A stretch of 64,000 bases of DNA from Candidatus Delongbacteria bacterium. GTDB taxonomy: Bacteria > CAIWAD01. Of the stretch, positions 41,393 through 50,186 are shown in pieces (position 1 is the stretch's first letter; the number at the start of each line of letters is the position of its first letter). The stretch is taken from NCBI GenBank assembly GCA_963663545.1, contig OY760505.1:96001-160000 (forward strand), written 5' to 3'. Both the position numbers and the translations under genes were made by a program. The notes beneath the pieces are model-generated. The model saw only the letters and a list, made by a program, of their open reading frames with translations, ran no database searches and had not been told where the DNA came from.

Positions 41393-41420
41393 AGTTTACA
41401 TAATATCTATTATATGCACT
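41393..41420 (-). other. XerC/XerD dif-like chromosome dimer resolution site
   Basis: Reverse strand AGTGCATATAA-TAGATA-TTATGTAAACT: 11-6-11 layout, left arm close to the E. coli XerC arm GGTGCGCATAA, right arm equal to the B. subtilis arm TTATGTAAACT as recalled; AT-rich intergenic island. Confidence 0.85.
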
Positions 41421-41436
41421 CATAAGTGAACGAAGC

Positions 41437-41634
41437 CTAGAGCAGTTTTCCCGTTGGAGACATGTTCGGCGGCGGGCTTTCGCCGTGCTCGTTGAGATAC
41501 TGAAGGCGTTTGCACGTGGGTTGCCCCAGCTCGCTATGGCAGTACATGTTGACCCAGCCGCGCTTTACGACTTCGCTGTCACCACTGAACTCTTTGAAGA
41601 AGCCACAGCGATGGATGATTGGACACTCGAACAT
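41437..41634 (-). CDS. Small four-cysteine protein (65 aa)
   Basis: RBS AGGAG; pattern C-x5-C-GFF...YC-x8-CKR...PPPNMSPTG. Confidence 0.7.
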   Translation of the reverse strand: MFECPIIHRCGFFKEFSGDSEVVKRGWVNMYCHSELGQPTCKRLQYLNEHGESPPPNMSPTGKLL

Positions 41635-41725
41635 GAAGGCTCCTGATAGGTAAACATAAGCAAACACTTGTTGCCATTATCGTCAATTTCAGCTTTGGAA
41701 TTAGCGCCTCTCGCTATTCTCAAAG

Positions 41726-42727
41726 CTAAGGCTGGCGATACTGGATCTGGTAGAATAAATCCCATTGGCCCTCGTGGAATTCGCTCCAGACGAGGTATAA
41801 ATCGTTCGCTGTTTCAAAAACGCATGGGGTTCGTTGCGGAACTGCTGCTTCTGCAAAATACGGCATCACTTCACCGAAATCGGCGTCAGCGGCAAACAGG
41901 ACCGATGCAAGTTGTTCGTAACGACCAGGAAGGATCCAGTGATGAGAAAGATTGACGGGCCGCCCGTAAACCCCTCGATCTGCCGCCAAGAGACGCTGAT
42001 CCTGGCCACTACTCGGATCCATGAGATGGAGGGCGCCATCACCGGCACGGTACACGAGGGTTCCATCGGCCATGGGTAAAGGCGCTGTTTCGTCTTCTCC
42101 TGCCGTAATCTGACGAAGTTCATCGCTGCGCAGGCTGTAGAAAAAGATAGCGCTACGGCGCTCTTCGTCTTCGATTTGCAAGCGCTCGTCGACACGATCG
42201 GATACGAAGTAAATGCCTTCGCCATCGGGCGAGAAGCGCGGAAACCAGTCGTCAGCACCATGCTGGGCGACAATGCGACGTTCCTTGCCCTCGGGAGACA
42301 TCAGCAAAATGTCGCGGGGCGGGGCCTGCATTGCCGTCGCCGGGGCGACGGTGCATAGCACACGGCGACCATCGGGCGAAAAGCTCGGATCCTCTTCGTT
42401 CTCTGGAGAATCTGTGATACGCGTCATCGTACCGCTTGCCAGGTGAATGCGATACAGCTCCCAGTTGCCGTCGCCGTTACTCTGGTAAACAATGTCACTG
42501 CTGCCGGGAATTCCCATGGGTGCGAGCTGATCTGAGCTTGAAAAAGTCAGCTGTTGCACTTGCAGGTTCTGCTGGGTTTGAAGCCATGGGCTCAGCGCCG
42601 AGACCGTTTCCTGTTGGTCGGTGGTCTTTGTACCACTGCGGCCGCCGGAGCAGGCTTGCAATAGTACCAACGCACCAAGCGGAAGCGCACAGGTAATGCG
42701 TCTTGTGAATCTGGACATCTTCTCCAT
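41726..42727 (-). CDS. TolB-like / PD40 beta-propeller lipoprotein
   Basis: Lipobox LQAC; repeats PSFSPDGRR, PRFSPDGEGIYFVSDR and DGNWELY; start uncertain. Confidence 0.78.
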   Translation of the reverse strand: MEKMSRFTRRITCALPLGALVLLQACSGGRSGTKTTDQQETVSALSPWLQTQQNLQVQQLTFSSSDQLAPMGIPGSSDIVYQSNGDGNWELYRIHLASGTMTRITDSPENEEDPSFSPDGRRVLCTVAPATAMQAPPRDILLMSPEGKERRIVAQHGADDWFPRFSPDGEGIYFVSDRVDERLQIEDEERRSAIFFYSLRSDELRQITAGEDETAPLPMADGTLVYRAGDGALHLMDPSSGQDQRLLAADRGVYGRPVNLSHHWILPGRYEQLASVLFAADADFGEVMPYFAEAAVPQRTPCVFETANDLYLVWSEFHEGQWDLFYQIQYRQP

Positions 42728-42733
42728 CCGCAA

Positions 42734-43873
42734 TTAGAATGTCTGGCGCAGCGCCGTCTGGAACTGACGAATAATCAGCAGTGCCTCAGCCCCACTGACG
42801 GTATCGGTTAGCCCAAAGCGTCCAGTCCGCAAATCGGCTTCCATAATGCCTCTGCTCGTACACACGGCTACGGCATTGTAGGCGGGATGACTGGAAGGAA
42901 CATCGGGGAACATGCTTTGCTCGCCGAAATGCTTGCTTGTCAGTCCGGGGTCATTGCTGATAATCGCCAGCAGATTGGTGATCAGCATGGCGTAGGAGGC
43001 GCGTGTCACTTTCTCTTCTGGAGCGAAGCCACCATCGGGCATCAATTCCATGCCGCCAGCCAGCACAACATCACGAATCCAACTTGCAGCCCAGTGTTGG
43101 TCAACGTCATTGGGCATACGAGTCGAGGTGGCGCTAGCACCAGCGCTGCCAGGAGCCTGAAAACCGCCATAGCCCTGCGCGGGTTTATGCTGTTCAAGGA
43201 TCTCGGGCAGTTTTAGCTCTTCTACCAGTAGCACGGCCAAATCGGCGCGATCAATCGCCGGCTCCAGGGCAATCTTGCTGCTGACGCGAGTACCAGGACG
43301 CGCGCGGAGAATTGTGCTGCACAGCGCCATACGCTCGTCGGCTTTGCCCGCAAGATCACCGCGGAACGCGATCACCTTGGCGAATTCAGCATTGGCCTCG
43401 GCGAAGTCCAGGTGCGCGAGCATGGCCTCGGCACGATAGAAGCTGATTTCCTCGCTGTTTGCGCCACTTTGTCCCGCTGCGCGATCAAAGTCCTTCAGGG
43501 CACGCTCGAACCACTCAGCGTCCTTTTGCACAAGGGTTTCCACGCGCCCGAGATAAGTATAGGCCTGCCAGCGGTTGTCGGCAACGTCAACGGCTTTGTG
43601 TGCTGCGCGCAGGCCCTCTTCTCCATTGCCCTGAGAAGCAAACCACAATCCCTTGACGGACCAGGCGAGGAAGTAGTTGCCTTCCATATTCAATGCGCGG
43701 TCCAGTTCGCGTCCAGCGTCTTCCCACATGCCGCGATCCATCAAACGCAGCGCTTGATCCACGTGTGTCTGCGGTGTGTCCAGCACGGACTCCTGCTTGA
43801 TCATCTGCTTGCCGCAGCTCACCAGGAGGATCAGCGACAACAGCCAGAGACTCAGGCCTTTGCGGGTCTTCAT
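42734..43873 (-). CDS. TPR plus S-layer homology (SLH) domain lipoprotein
   Basis: Lipobox LVSC; TPR helices; SLH motifs DVDQHWA...PDGGFAPEEKVTRA and FPDVPSSHPAY...GIM...F...VSGAEA; ATG 43873 after AAGGAGG. Confidence 0.8.
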   Translation of the reverse strand: MKTRKGLSLWLLSLILLVSCGKQMIKQESVLDTPQTHVDQALRLMDRGMWEDAGRELDRALNMEGNYFLAWSVKGLWFASQGNGEEGLRAAHKAVDVADNRWQAYTYLGRVETLVQKDAEWFERALKDFDRAAGQSGANSEEISFYRAEAMLAHLDFAEANAEFAKVIAFRGDLAGKADERMALCSTILRARPGTRVSSKIALEPAIDRADLAVLLVEELKLPEILEQHKPAQGYGGFQAPGSAGASATSTRMPNDVDQHWAASWIRDVVLAGGMELMPDGGFAPEEKVTRASYAMLITNLLAIISNDPGLTSKHFGEQSMFPDVPSSHPAYNAVAVCTSRGIMEADLRTGRFGLTDTVSGAEALLIIRQFQTALRQTF

Positions 43874-43887
43874 TTTTCCTCCTTGAG

Positions 43888-44709
43888 TTACTCGAGCACG
43901 AACAACACCCTGCACTCGCGCAGGAAGGTCAGATTTTCGCTCAACGCGTGCAGGATCTTGCCCTGCTCGTCATCCACGACAACATCGGATCCATTGGTGC
44001 CCTGCGCCTTCTTCGCCTTGACTACAAGTGGGCGCTCGCCAATGCGATCCTGCTGGCCGCGCGCCTGTTCCAGGTCACGCACGTAGCCAACCATGCCATA
44101 TTGCATGGCCCAGTCACGATCTACCCAAGTGTTCCCGTAGATCTCGCTGCCCGATTCGCTCAGGATACGCGGTGCAAGGGCGGGGTGCACACTGAGCCCG
44201 CGACAATCAACAATCAGCCCGGTGTATTTGGCCGTGCTTGGTTCCAGATCGCTGTACTGTACGGGCATGACAGCGCCCTCGGCAAAGGCCATCTCGCCAA
44301 TCAACACATCGTTGAACTGGGGACCCAGGATCATCTCGACATTCAGCTCAATGGAACCATCGCTCATGTAAACGGGCTCGCCCACATCGCGGAAATTGCT
44401 GCAGACACCGCGAATCTCAGTTGTAATGCGGTCGTTGCTGAGCATGAAATTCTCGACGGTCGTCTCGGAGGTCAGAATCATGCCTTCAACCGTTTCAATG
44501 ATTTGCCGCAGTGCGTCCGCCCGGGCTGCGCGAATCTGACCGGCACGACCTCCTACCGGACTGGGCATGGCGATGCCCTTGGTTCGCACCACACGCTGTT
44601 CCCAGTCGATGCTGCCCACTCCTGTGTTCTGCACAATCTGGGCGGTCGCCGCCAAAACCAACAGGCCAAAGGCCAACGGGGCAATGGCGCGTCGCAAGAT
44701 CGACCTCAT
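43888..44709 (-). CDS. Exported protein, LPP20-like N-terminal region
   Basis: Signal peptide; IDWEQ...RAARADALRQI..VEG and YTGLIVDCRGL...ALAPRI patterns. Confidence 0.55.
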   Translation of the reverse strand: MRSILRRAIAPLAFGLLVLAATAQIVQNTGVGSIDWEQRVVRTKGIAMPSPVGGRAGQIRAARADALRQIIETVEGMILTSETTVENFMLSNDRITTEIRGVCSNFRDVGEPVYMSDGSIELNVEMILGPQFNDVLIGEMAFAEGAVMPVQYSDLEPSTAKYTGLIVDCRGLSVHPALAPRILSESGSEIYGNTWVDRDWAMQYGMVGYVRDLEQARGQQDRIGERPLVVKAKKAQGTNGSDVVVDDEQGKILHALSENLTFLRECRVLFVLE

Positions 44710-45647
44710 GGTTTCCCTCCTTGATGCCCGTCACCGGCCGGGGTAGCTGGTGTTTTGCTTCGGGCGCTATTCCTGGCCTGGTTCCATTGAATCCAGGGAT
44801 CCTGTTCTTGGTTGTCGGCAGCACTGAAAGCACCCGCTGCGGTTACCCGCCCTTGAGCGTCCAGTACTACCTGCTGCATGGCGCCCACAATGACAAGCCA
44901 ATCTTCCAGACTGACCTGGTGCGGTCCCGCGACCGGAACCGGTCCGGCCACGGTGTGTGGTGCCTGAGCGTTTGCCGGCGATTGCAAGCGTGATCCCAAC
45001 TCCTCAGCGCGCACGGGTTGCCCGGTCTTCAACGCCTCCGGACTTGCCGCCAACTGAACCTCGCCGTGATACACGCGAACCAAAGCTCCCGTGCGCTGAT
45101 CCTGTCGAATGCGCAAGCCCGTACCTGTGATCGCCGCGCCCACAAGACCGCTACTGATTTCGAACTGATCTGCCTCTTCCAGGCCATTCAATTCGGCCCA
45201 GATCTCGCCCTCTTCAATGAAGATATCGCTGGTGTGTCCCGTTTGCGTATCCGCGCGGTCTGCGTGCAAATCGGCCTGTTCCTCTTGCAGCTTGCGCAGG
45301 TCCAGCGTTGTTAGGGGGGCCAGCCGAATAAGGTTGTCATCGCCCAGGTCAATCTCGGCGCGACTGCGCTCGACTGTGCGAACGCGATCGCCGCCATTTA
45401 CACGCGAATGCAGATCCGCATTCCTCCAATCGGCATCGGCAGGAGGCATGCGCAAGAGCCGCCCGTCCAGATAGCTGACCTCGCCGCCACCTGACTCAGG
45501 TTGTGCAGCCAGACTATCGGCATCCTGCGGGTTCCGTGACGGCTCCTGTTCCATGCCGCGTACATGATCGAAAACCTGCGCGCACGCCAATGCTGCCAGC
45601 ACGCATGGACCGGCGAGTACTGCACTTGCACGGGTGAATCTGCTCAT
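44706..45647 (-). CDS. FecR-domain exported protein
   Basis: GDRVRT...SRAEI...IRLAPLT, EEGEIW, AAITGT and VRVYHGEV pattern. Confidence 0.7.
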   Translation of the reverse strand: MSRFTRASAVLAGPCVLAALACAQVFDHVRGMEQEPSRNPQDADSLAAQPESGGGEVSYLDGRLLRMPPADADWRNADLHSRVNGGDRVRTVERSRAEIDLGDDNLIRLAPLTTLDLRKLQEEQADLHADRADTQTGHTSDIFIEEGEIWAELNGLEEADQFEISSGLVGAAITGTGLRIRQDQRTGALVRVYHGEVQLAASPEALKTGQPVRAEELGSRLQSPANAQAPHTVAGPVPVAGPHQVSLEDWLVIVGAMQQVVLDAQGRVTAAGAFSAADNQEQDPWIQWNQARNSARSKTPATPAGDGHQGGKP

Positions 45648-45730
45648 GGAAGGATATCCAACTGTACTGACTTGCTCATGGGACGAAACTCAGAGTAACG
45701 AATCGTCGCTCTGCGATCAAGCATCCCGTA

Positions 45731-46387
45731 CTACTTGCCTGTAGCACGAAGAATTTCAAAGCCATTTGCGAGTGGATTGTGTTTGAACAGCCAGGAGCCA
45801 GAAACCAGTACATCGGCTCCCGCAGTCACACACTCGGCACCATGTACTTCATCAATACCACCATCCACCTGAATTAGAGCCTCGCAACCAGCCTCCTGCA
45901 ACAGGGCGCGCGTCTGACGAATCTTGTGCAGCATGGCCGGTAGAAAGCGCTGACCGCCGAATCCCGGGTTGACGGTCATCAGAAGCACCATGTCCAGTTT
46001 GCTCGCCAGATAGCGCAGCGGAGCTGGATCGGTGGCCGGATTCAATGCAATGGCCGCACGCTTACCCGCATCACGGATCAGTCCAAGCAACCGGTCCGGG
46101 TGGTGGCTGGCTTCCAGATGAAAGGAGACGAGATCGGCGCCCGCGTCCAGAAAGGGCTGCACGAAGTCCTCGGGACGACTCACCATCAAGTGACAATCCA
46201 ACATCAGCGGGGTGTTTGCACGTAGCGCGCGTACCAGGCCGGGCCCATAACTCAGGTTGGGTACAAAGTGACCGTCCATGATGTCCAGATGCAACATGTC
46301 CGCGTCTGCGGCTTCGCAGGCGGCCAGTTGTTCACCCAGACGAAAGAGATCGGCAGACAGGAAGGAAGGGGCGATCATGGGCCTCAT
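45731..46387 (-). CDS. rpe: Ribulose-phosphate 3-epimerase
   Basis: IAPSFLSAD, HLDIMDGHFVPN, DCHLMV, MTVNPGFGGQ and QVDGG. Confidence 0.97.
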   Translation of the reverse strand: MRPMIAPSFLSADLFRLGEQLAACEAADADMLHLDIMDGHFVPNLSYGPGLVRALRANTPLMLDCHLMVSRPEDFVQPFLDAGADLVSFHLEASHHPDRLLGLIRDAGKRAAIALNPATDPAPLRYLASKLDMVLLMTVNPGFGGQRFLPAMLHKIRQTRALLQEAGCEALIQVDGGIDEVHGAECVTAGADVLVSGSWLFKHNPLANGFEILRATGK

Positions 46388-47136
46388 GGTTTTTCTCCCT
46401 TCACCCAAAGCTCAAGTTCACTACCGGGAGCTACGTGGCTCCCCGCGACGGGCTCTTGGCGTCGAATGCCGGCTTCGGCTTTTGCATCCAGTATGAGATG
46501 GGTTTTGCCAACGCGCAGCCCGTGTCGCGCCAGCAGATCTCTCGCCTGGGCGAGGCTCTTGCCGAGCAAGCCCGGCACCGGAACACTTGTCGGCTCAGGT
46601 CCAAGACTGAGGGTCACGCCAAGACGCTCCCCCGCCAGCAGCGAATCTCCGGCGGAAGGATTGTGCGCCAGAACGATGCCTGCTACCTGCAGCGAATCAT
46701 AGCGGAAGTGGATACGCGTGCTGTCGACGCCCAGCCCCAGATCCGCCAGGCTACTGGCAAAGCGCCGCTCGGTTGTGCCGCGCAAGTCGGGCAGGATGAT
46801 ATAGCGGCCACCGGCACACACCGTCAAGTAGACGCGTCGTCCCTCCTTGGTGGCACCACCCGCGCGCGGAAACTGCTCCATAACCTGGCCGTTGTGATAC
46901 ACGCCTGTTGGATCGGGCTTCTCGCGTTCAACGAGAGCGTGAAAACCAGCTCGGCGAAGGGTGAGTTGGGCCGCGGCAAGATCCTGCCCCACCACATCGG
47001 GTGTGACACATTCATGGCCGTGTCGCGTGTAAAGCGGCATGAGGATGTTGTCGACGCCCAGCAGAATCAGTACTCCGCCCAGGCTCAGAAGACCGATTGC
47101 AGCAATCAGTCGCAGTGTCCTTTTCCAGGCCGCCAC
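46384..47136 (-). CDS. PASTA-domain membrane protein
   Basis: N-terminal TM; three PASTA repeats (PDVVG, PDLRG, PGLLG); GTG start after AGGGAG. Confidence 0.85.
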   Translation of the reverse strand: MAAWKRTLRLIAAIGLLSLGGVLILLGVDNILMPLYTRHGHECVTPDVVGQDLAAAQLTLRRAGFHALVEREKPDPTGVYHNGQVMEQFPRAGGATKEGRRVYLTVCAGGRYIILPDLRGTTERRFASSLADLGLGVDSTRIHFRYDSLQVAGIVLAHNPSAGDSLLAGERLGVTLSLGPEPTSVPVPGLLGKSLAQARDLLARHGLRVGKTHLILDAKAEAGIRRQEPVAGSHVAPGSELELWVKGEKP

Positions 47137-47137
47137 G

Positions 47138-48427
47138 CTATTTGCTCTCCCTTCGAGCGAGGGCCACTGCCCAGGCACCGCCCGCACCCAGTTGTAATTG
47201 CCAGGGAATCCAGGTCCATGCCGCGTCTCCATCGCGAAACTCAGCGGGAACCGCGTCCTGGACAATGTACCAATCGGAATGAGTATTCAGGAAGGCGTGA
47301 ATCTGCTCGCGGTTCTCGCGCGGATCCAGGCTGCATGTGCTGTAAACAAGGCGTCCGCCGGGACACACCAGATCGGCGGCGTGATGCAGTAGCTCCGCTT
47401 GCTGGGCCAGCACGCTCTTCGTCACCGGATCTGTATCACGCAAAAGCATGTCTGGACGATGGATGGCGCTGCCCGAGCCCGAACAGGGAGCATCCAACAG
47501 CACGCACTGCCAGCTGCCTTCCACCTTGCGGCCATCGGCATGAATCACGCGCTTGCCCGCAAGTCGACGCTCAAGCTCGCGTGCGCGCCCCTTGTCGGCT
47601 TCCACCAGCGTAAGTTCCGCTGTGGGCAGTTGGTCCGCAATGGCCAACGCTTTGCCGCCGGGAGCAGCGCAGAGGTCCAGGAGGGTCTGCGCTCCGCTGG
47701 CAACCGCAAGTTGTACCGCGCCCGATGTGCTCAAATCCTGCACGTGGCAGCGACCGTCGCGCAAAGGGGCAAAGGCCTCCATGCCTCCGGTGGGCAACTG
47801 GGAAAGCGCGAACCAGGCGCCCTGCTGTACTGCCTGCACGTCCAGAGCGGCAAGCTCAGCCAGAAGCTGCTCCTCCGTCCAGCGCGTCGTTTCGCGACGC
47901 ATCCAGAGGCGGCGCTGCCCGCGCCAGCGGCCTAGTGCGTCTACGATTTCCTCAAGAGTACCAACCCCGTGGGCATGCATCAGCTTTTGCATCCAAAGGG
48001 GAAGGCCGTGTACAACACGAAGGTAGTCGGCGTCGGTCGAAAACTCAGTGCGCAAAGGCTCCACCGGCTTACGCAGGTAGCTACGAAGCACGCCGTTGAC
48101 CAGGCCGCGCTCGCGCGCGTCACACTCAGCTAGCGCCGCCAGTAGAGTGTCGACGACTGCGTGGGGCGCATGCCCGCAGCGCAGGCGGTAGAAGCCCAGA
48201 CGCAAAGCCTGCTTGAGCAAGCTGCGGGGCCGATGGCGCACGAAGCGATCCATGACCCAGTCCAGCAGGCGCCGTTCTTCCACGACTCCGCGCAACAGGG
48301 CGGTTGCCTCGGGGCGTCGTGAGGCAGCGAGCCCGGCCAGCAGGCCGGGCTGCACTTTTTCCAACCAGGCACCGGCGTCAATGCGCGCCAGTGCGGTCAG
48401 TACTTTTCGTTGGTCTTCAGGACTCAC
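47138..48427 (-). CDS. rsmB: 16S rRNA m5C967 methyltransferase RsmB (NusB-like plus SAM domain)
   Basis: GLVNGVLR, VQD, DLCAAPGGK, DAPCSGSG and YSTCS; start uncertain. Confidence 0.85.
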   Translation of the reverse strand: MSPEDQRKVLTALARIDAGAWLEKVQPGLLAGLAASRRPEATALLRGVVEERRLLDWVMDRFVRHRPRSLLKQALRLGFYRLRCGHAPHAVVDTLLAALAECDARERGLVNGVLRSYLRKPVEPLRTEFSTDADYLRVVHGLPLWMQKLMHAHGVGTLEEIVDALGRWRGQRRLWMRRETTRWTEEQLLAELAALDVQAVQQGAWFALSQLPTGGMEAFAPLRDGRCHVQDLSTSGAVQLAVASGAQTLLDLCAAPGGKALAIADQLPTAELTLVEADKGRARELERRLAGKRVIHADGRKVEGSWQCVLLDAPCSGSGSAIHRPDMLLRDTDPVTKSVLAQQAELLHHAADLVCPGGRLVYSTCSLDPRENREQIHAFLNTHSDWYIVQDAVPAEFRDGDAAWTWIPWQLQLGAGGAWAVALARRESK

Positions 48428-49265
48428 ATTCTGCTTCCGTGCAAATCCAGTCCGCCTCGACGCGCACCTGATCATGGCGCGGGTCGAAGCAGTCCAGGAT
48501 GGACTGTACGCGTGCTTCCTCGCAAGCGTTGAGCTCTTCTTCCACCAGCTTGATTTCGTATTCCTTCTCGAAGCCGCGGGTGAGGGCTTCGGCCAAGGTG
48601 CGAAAGTCCGGCAGCGGATCCATGGCTTCGCGCAACCAGGAGGTGGATTCCTCCAGCTTGTGGCGTGCCTTGTCCTGCATGGCGGCATCGTCAAAGAAGA
48701 GCTCGCTGATTAGATGGTGGTCGCGATCCAGAATCAGGCTACCGTGCTGCATGATGCCGCAGCGCATCTGTCGTTGCGCACTGCCGATCAGCTTGCGACC
48801 GTCATATAGCACCTCGCTCTGAGCCGTAGCGGCGAAACAGATGCCACCCAGCTCCTTGCGATAGGCGGCTGCCAGGTCGATCTTGCGACTTTCCAGCTCA
48901 ACAGGAACACCAAGCTCCGTCAAGCCATTGACCAGCGCGCGGTTGATGCGATTGTAGGCTTCGGGCAGGCTGCGCGTGTACAGCGGCGAGGCCACCGGAA
49001 TGGAAACGCAGTAGGTCAGCTCGCGCGCATGTAACACGGCACGGCCTCCGGTTTCGCGTCGAACCACCTTGATGCCACGCTCCTTGCAGCGGCGCGCCAA
49101 TTCCTCGTCGAAGCGCTGATTGTGTCCCAGCGTCATCGCTGGAGGCTGCCAGGAGTAAAAGCGAACGCTGATAGGCAGACCTGTGGTGCGCACTAGCATA
49201 GCGTCGACGGCCATGTTCCAGCTACCGTCACGCTCGGGGTGCATAAGAACTCGTCCCTGGGTCAT
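48417..49265 (-). CDS. Lipoate-protein ligase A / octanoyltransferase LipM family
   Basis: NMAVD, RFYSW, VVRRETGGRAVLH, KLIGSAQ and QHGS. Confidence 0.9.
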   Translation of the reverse strand: MTQGRVLMHPERDGSWNMAVDAMLVRTTGLPISVRFYSWQPPAMTLGHNQRFDEELARRCKERGIKVVRRETGGRAVLHARELTYCVSIPVASPLYTRSLPEAYNRINRALVNGLTELGVPVELESRKIDLAAAYRKELGGICFAATAQSEVLYDGRKLIGSAQRQMRCGIMQHGSLILDRDHHLISELFFDDAAMQDKARHKLEESTSWLREAMDPLPDFRTLAEALTRGFEKEYEIKLVEEELNACEEARVQSILDCFDPRHDQVRVEADWICTEAECES

Positions 49266-49407
49266 AGTGATTTTTCCCCGGCTCCGACATCTCGAGCGAC
49301 TCGCTCGGGGTGCATAAGAACTCGTCCCTGGGTCATAGTGATTCTTCCCCGGCTCCGACATCTCGAGCGACTCGCTCGGGGTGCATAAGAACTCGTCCCT
49401 GGGTCAT
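49231..49407. repeat. Tandem array, 71-bp period: 35-bp unit x3 alternating with 36-bp unit x2
   Basis: CGCTCGGGGTGCATAAGAACTCGTCCCTGGGTCAT at 49231, 49302 and 49373; AGTGATT(T/C)TTCCCCGGCTCCGACATCTCGAGCGACT at 49266 and 49337. Confidence 0.95.
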
Positions 49408-50186
49408 CCGCGAATGATACCCCGTTCTGACGCAGTAATGAAGGCATGGATCAGGCGTGCGTCCTCGTCCATCTCCACCAGCCCGGCCAATTCGGCCAGT
49501 GCCAGGCTGACATTCTGGCTGTTCTTGCCGAAGAACAGCCGGTACATACGCTTGATACGGCGCTGACGTTCCGCGTCGAATCCCCGCCGCGCCAAGCCGA
49601 CGGAATTGAGCCCGCAGTAGCGCAAGGGATTATCGTTGGCCATGATGTAGGGGGGCACATCCTTGCCGACTGCGGTAGCGCCGCCGATGAAGGCATGACT
49701 GCCGATGCGCACGAATTGATGCGCGACACTGGTGCCACCCATGATCACGTTGTCGCCCACTTTGACATGGCCTGCGAGCTGCACGCCGTTAGAGAAAATG
49801 CAGCCGTCGCCGATCTGGCAATCGTGGGCAACGTGTACGTAGGCCATCAAGAGGCAGCCAGCGCCGACTCGTGTCACAAGCGCTTCTTCCGTAGCACGGG
49901 CAAGGGTCACATACTCGCGTATCACGGTGCGCGCGCCTACTTCCAGGCTGGTCTCTTCGCCGTGATACTTCAGATCCTGTGGAAGACAACCGACGGAAGC
50001 GGCGTGATACACCTGCACTTCAGCACCAAGGCGTGATCCCCAGCAGATCTGCGCCTGCGGTCCGATGCGGCAGCCGTCGCCCAGCACCACGTTGTCTTCG
50101 ATGACCGCGTAGGGACCGATTTGCACATCCTTGCCCAGCTGCGCCCCGGGATCAATGACCGCACTGGGGTGGATCAGCGGATTCAT
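49404..50186 (-). CDS. lpxA: UDP-N-acetylglucosamine O-acyltransferase
   Basis: IHPSAVID hexapeptide repeats, PQDLKY, HVAHDC, LAGHV, HQFVRIG and GLNSVGL.RRGF. Confidence 0.96.
   Translation of the reverse strand: MNPLIHPSAVIDPGAQLGKDVQIGPYAVIEDNVVLGDGCRIGPQAQICWGSRLGAEVQVYHAASVGCLPQDLKYHGEETSLEVGARTVIREYVTLARATEEALVTRVGAGCLLMAYVHVAHDCQIGDGCIFSNGVQLAGHVKVGDNVIMGGTSVAHQFVRIGSHAFIGGATAVGKDVPPYIMANDNPLRYCGLNSVGLARRGFDAERQRRIKRMYRLFFGKNSQNVSLALAELAGLVEMDEDARLIHAFITASERGIIRG

Noticed and set aside
45648-45730. Hammerhead ribozyme or leader peptide upstream of the FecR gene
   Set aside because: GACGAAAC is present but the CUGANGA core is not; the 11-codon ORF MSKSVQLDILP overlapping the start has no further support.
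48417-49361. N-terminal extension of the lipoyl ligase given in the ORF track
   Set aside because: The extension is a read-through of the repeat array; the family-like sequence begins at ATG 49265.
49231-49407. True CRISPR array
   Set aside because: The two spacers are near-identical, the repeat is the 5' end of the adjacent gene, and no cas gene is in the window.
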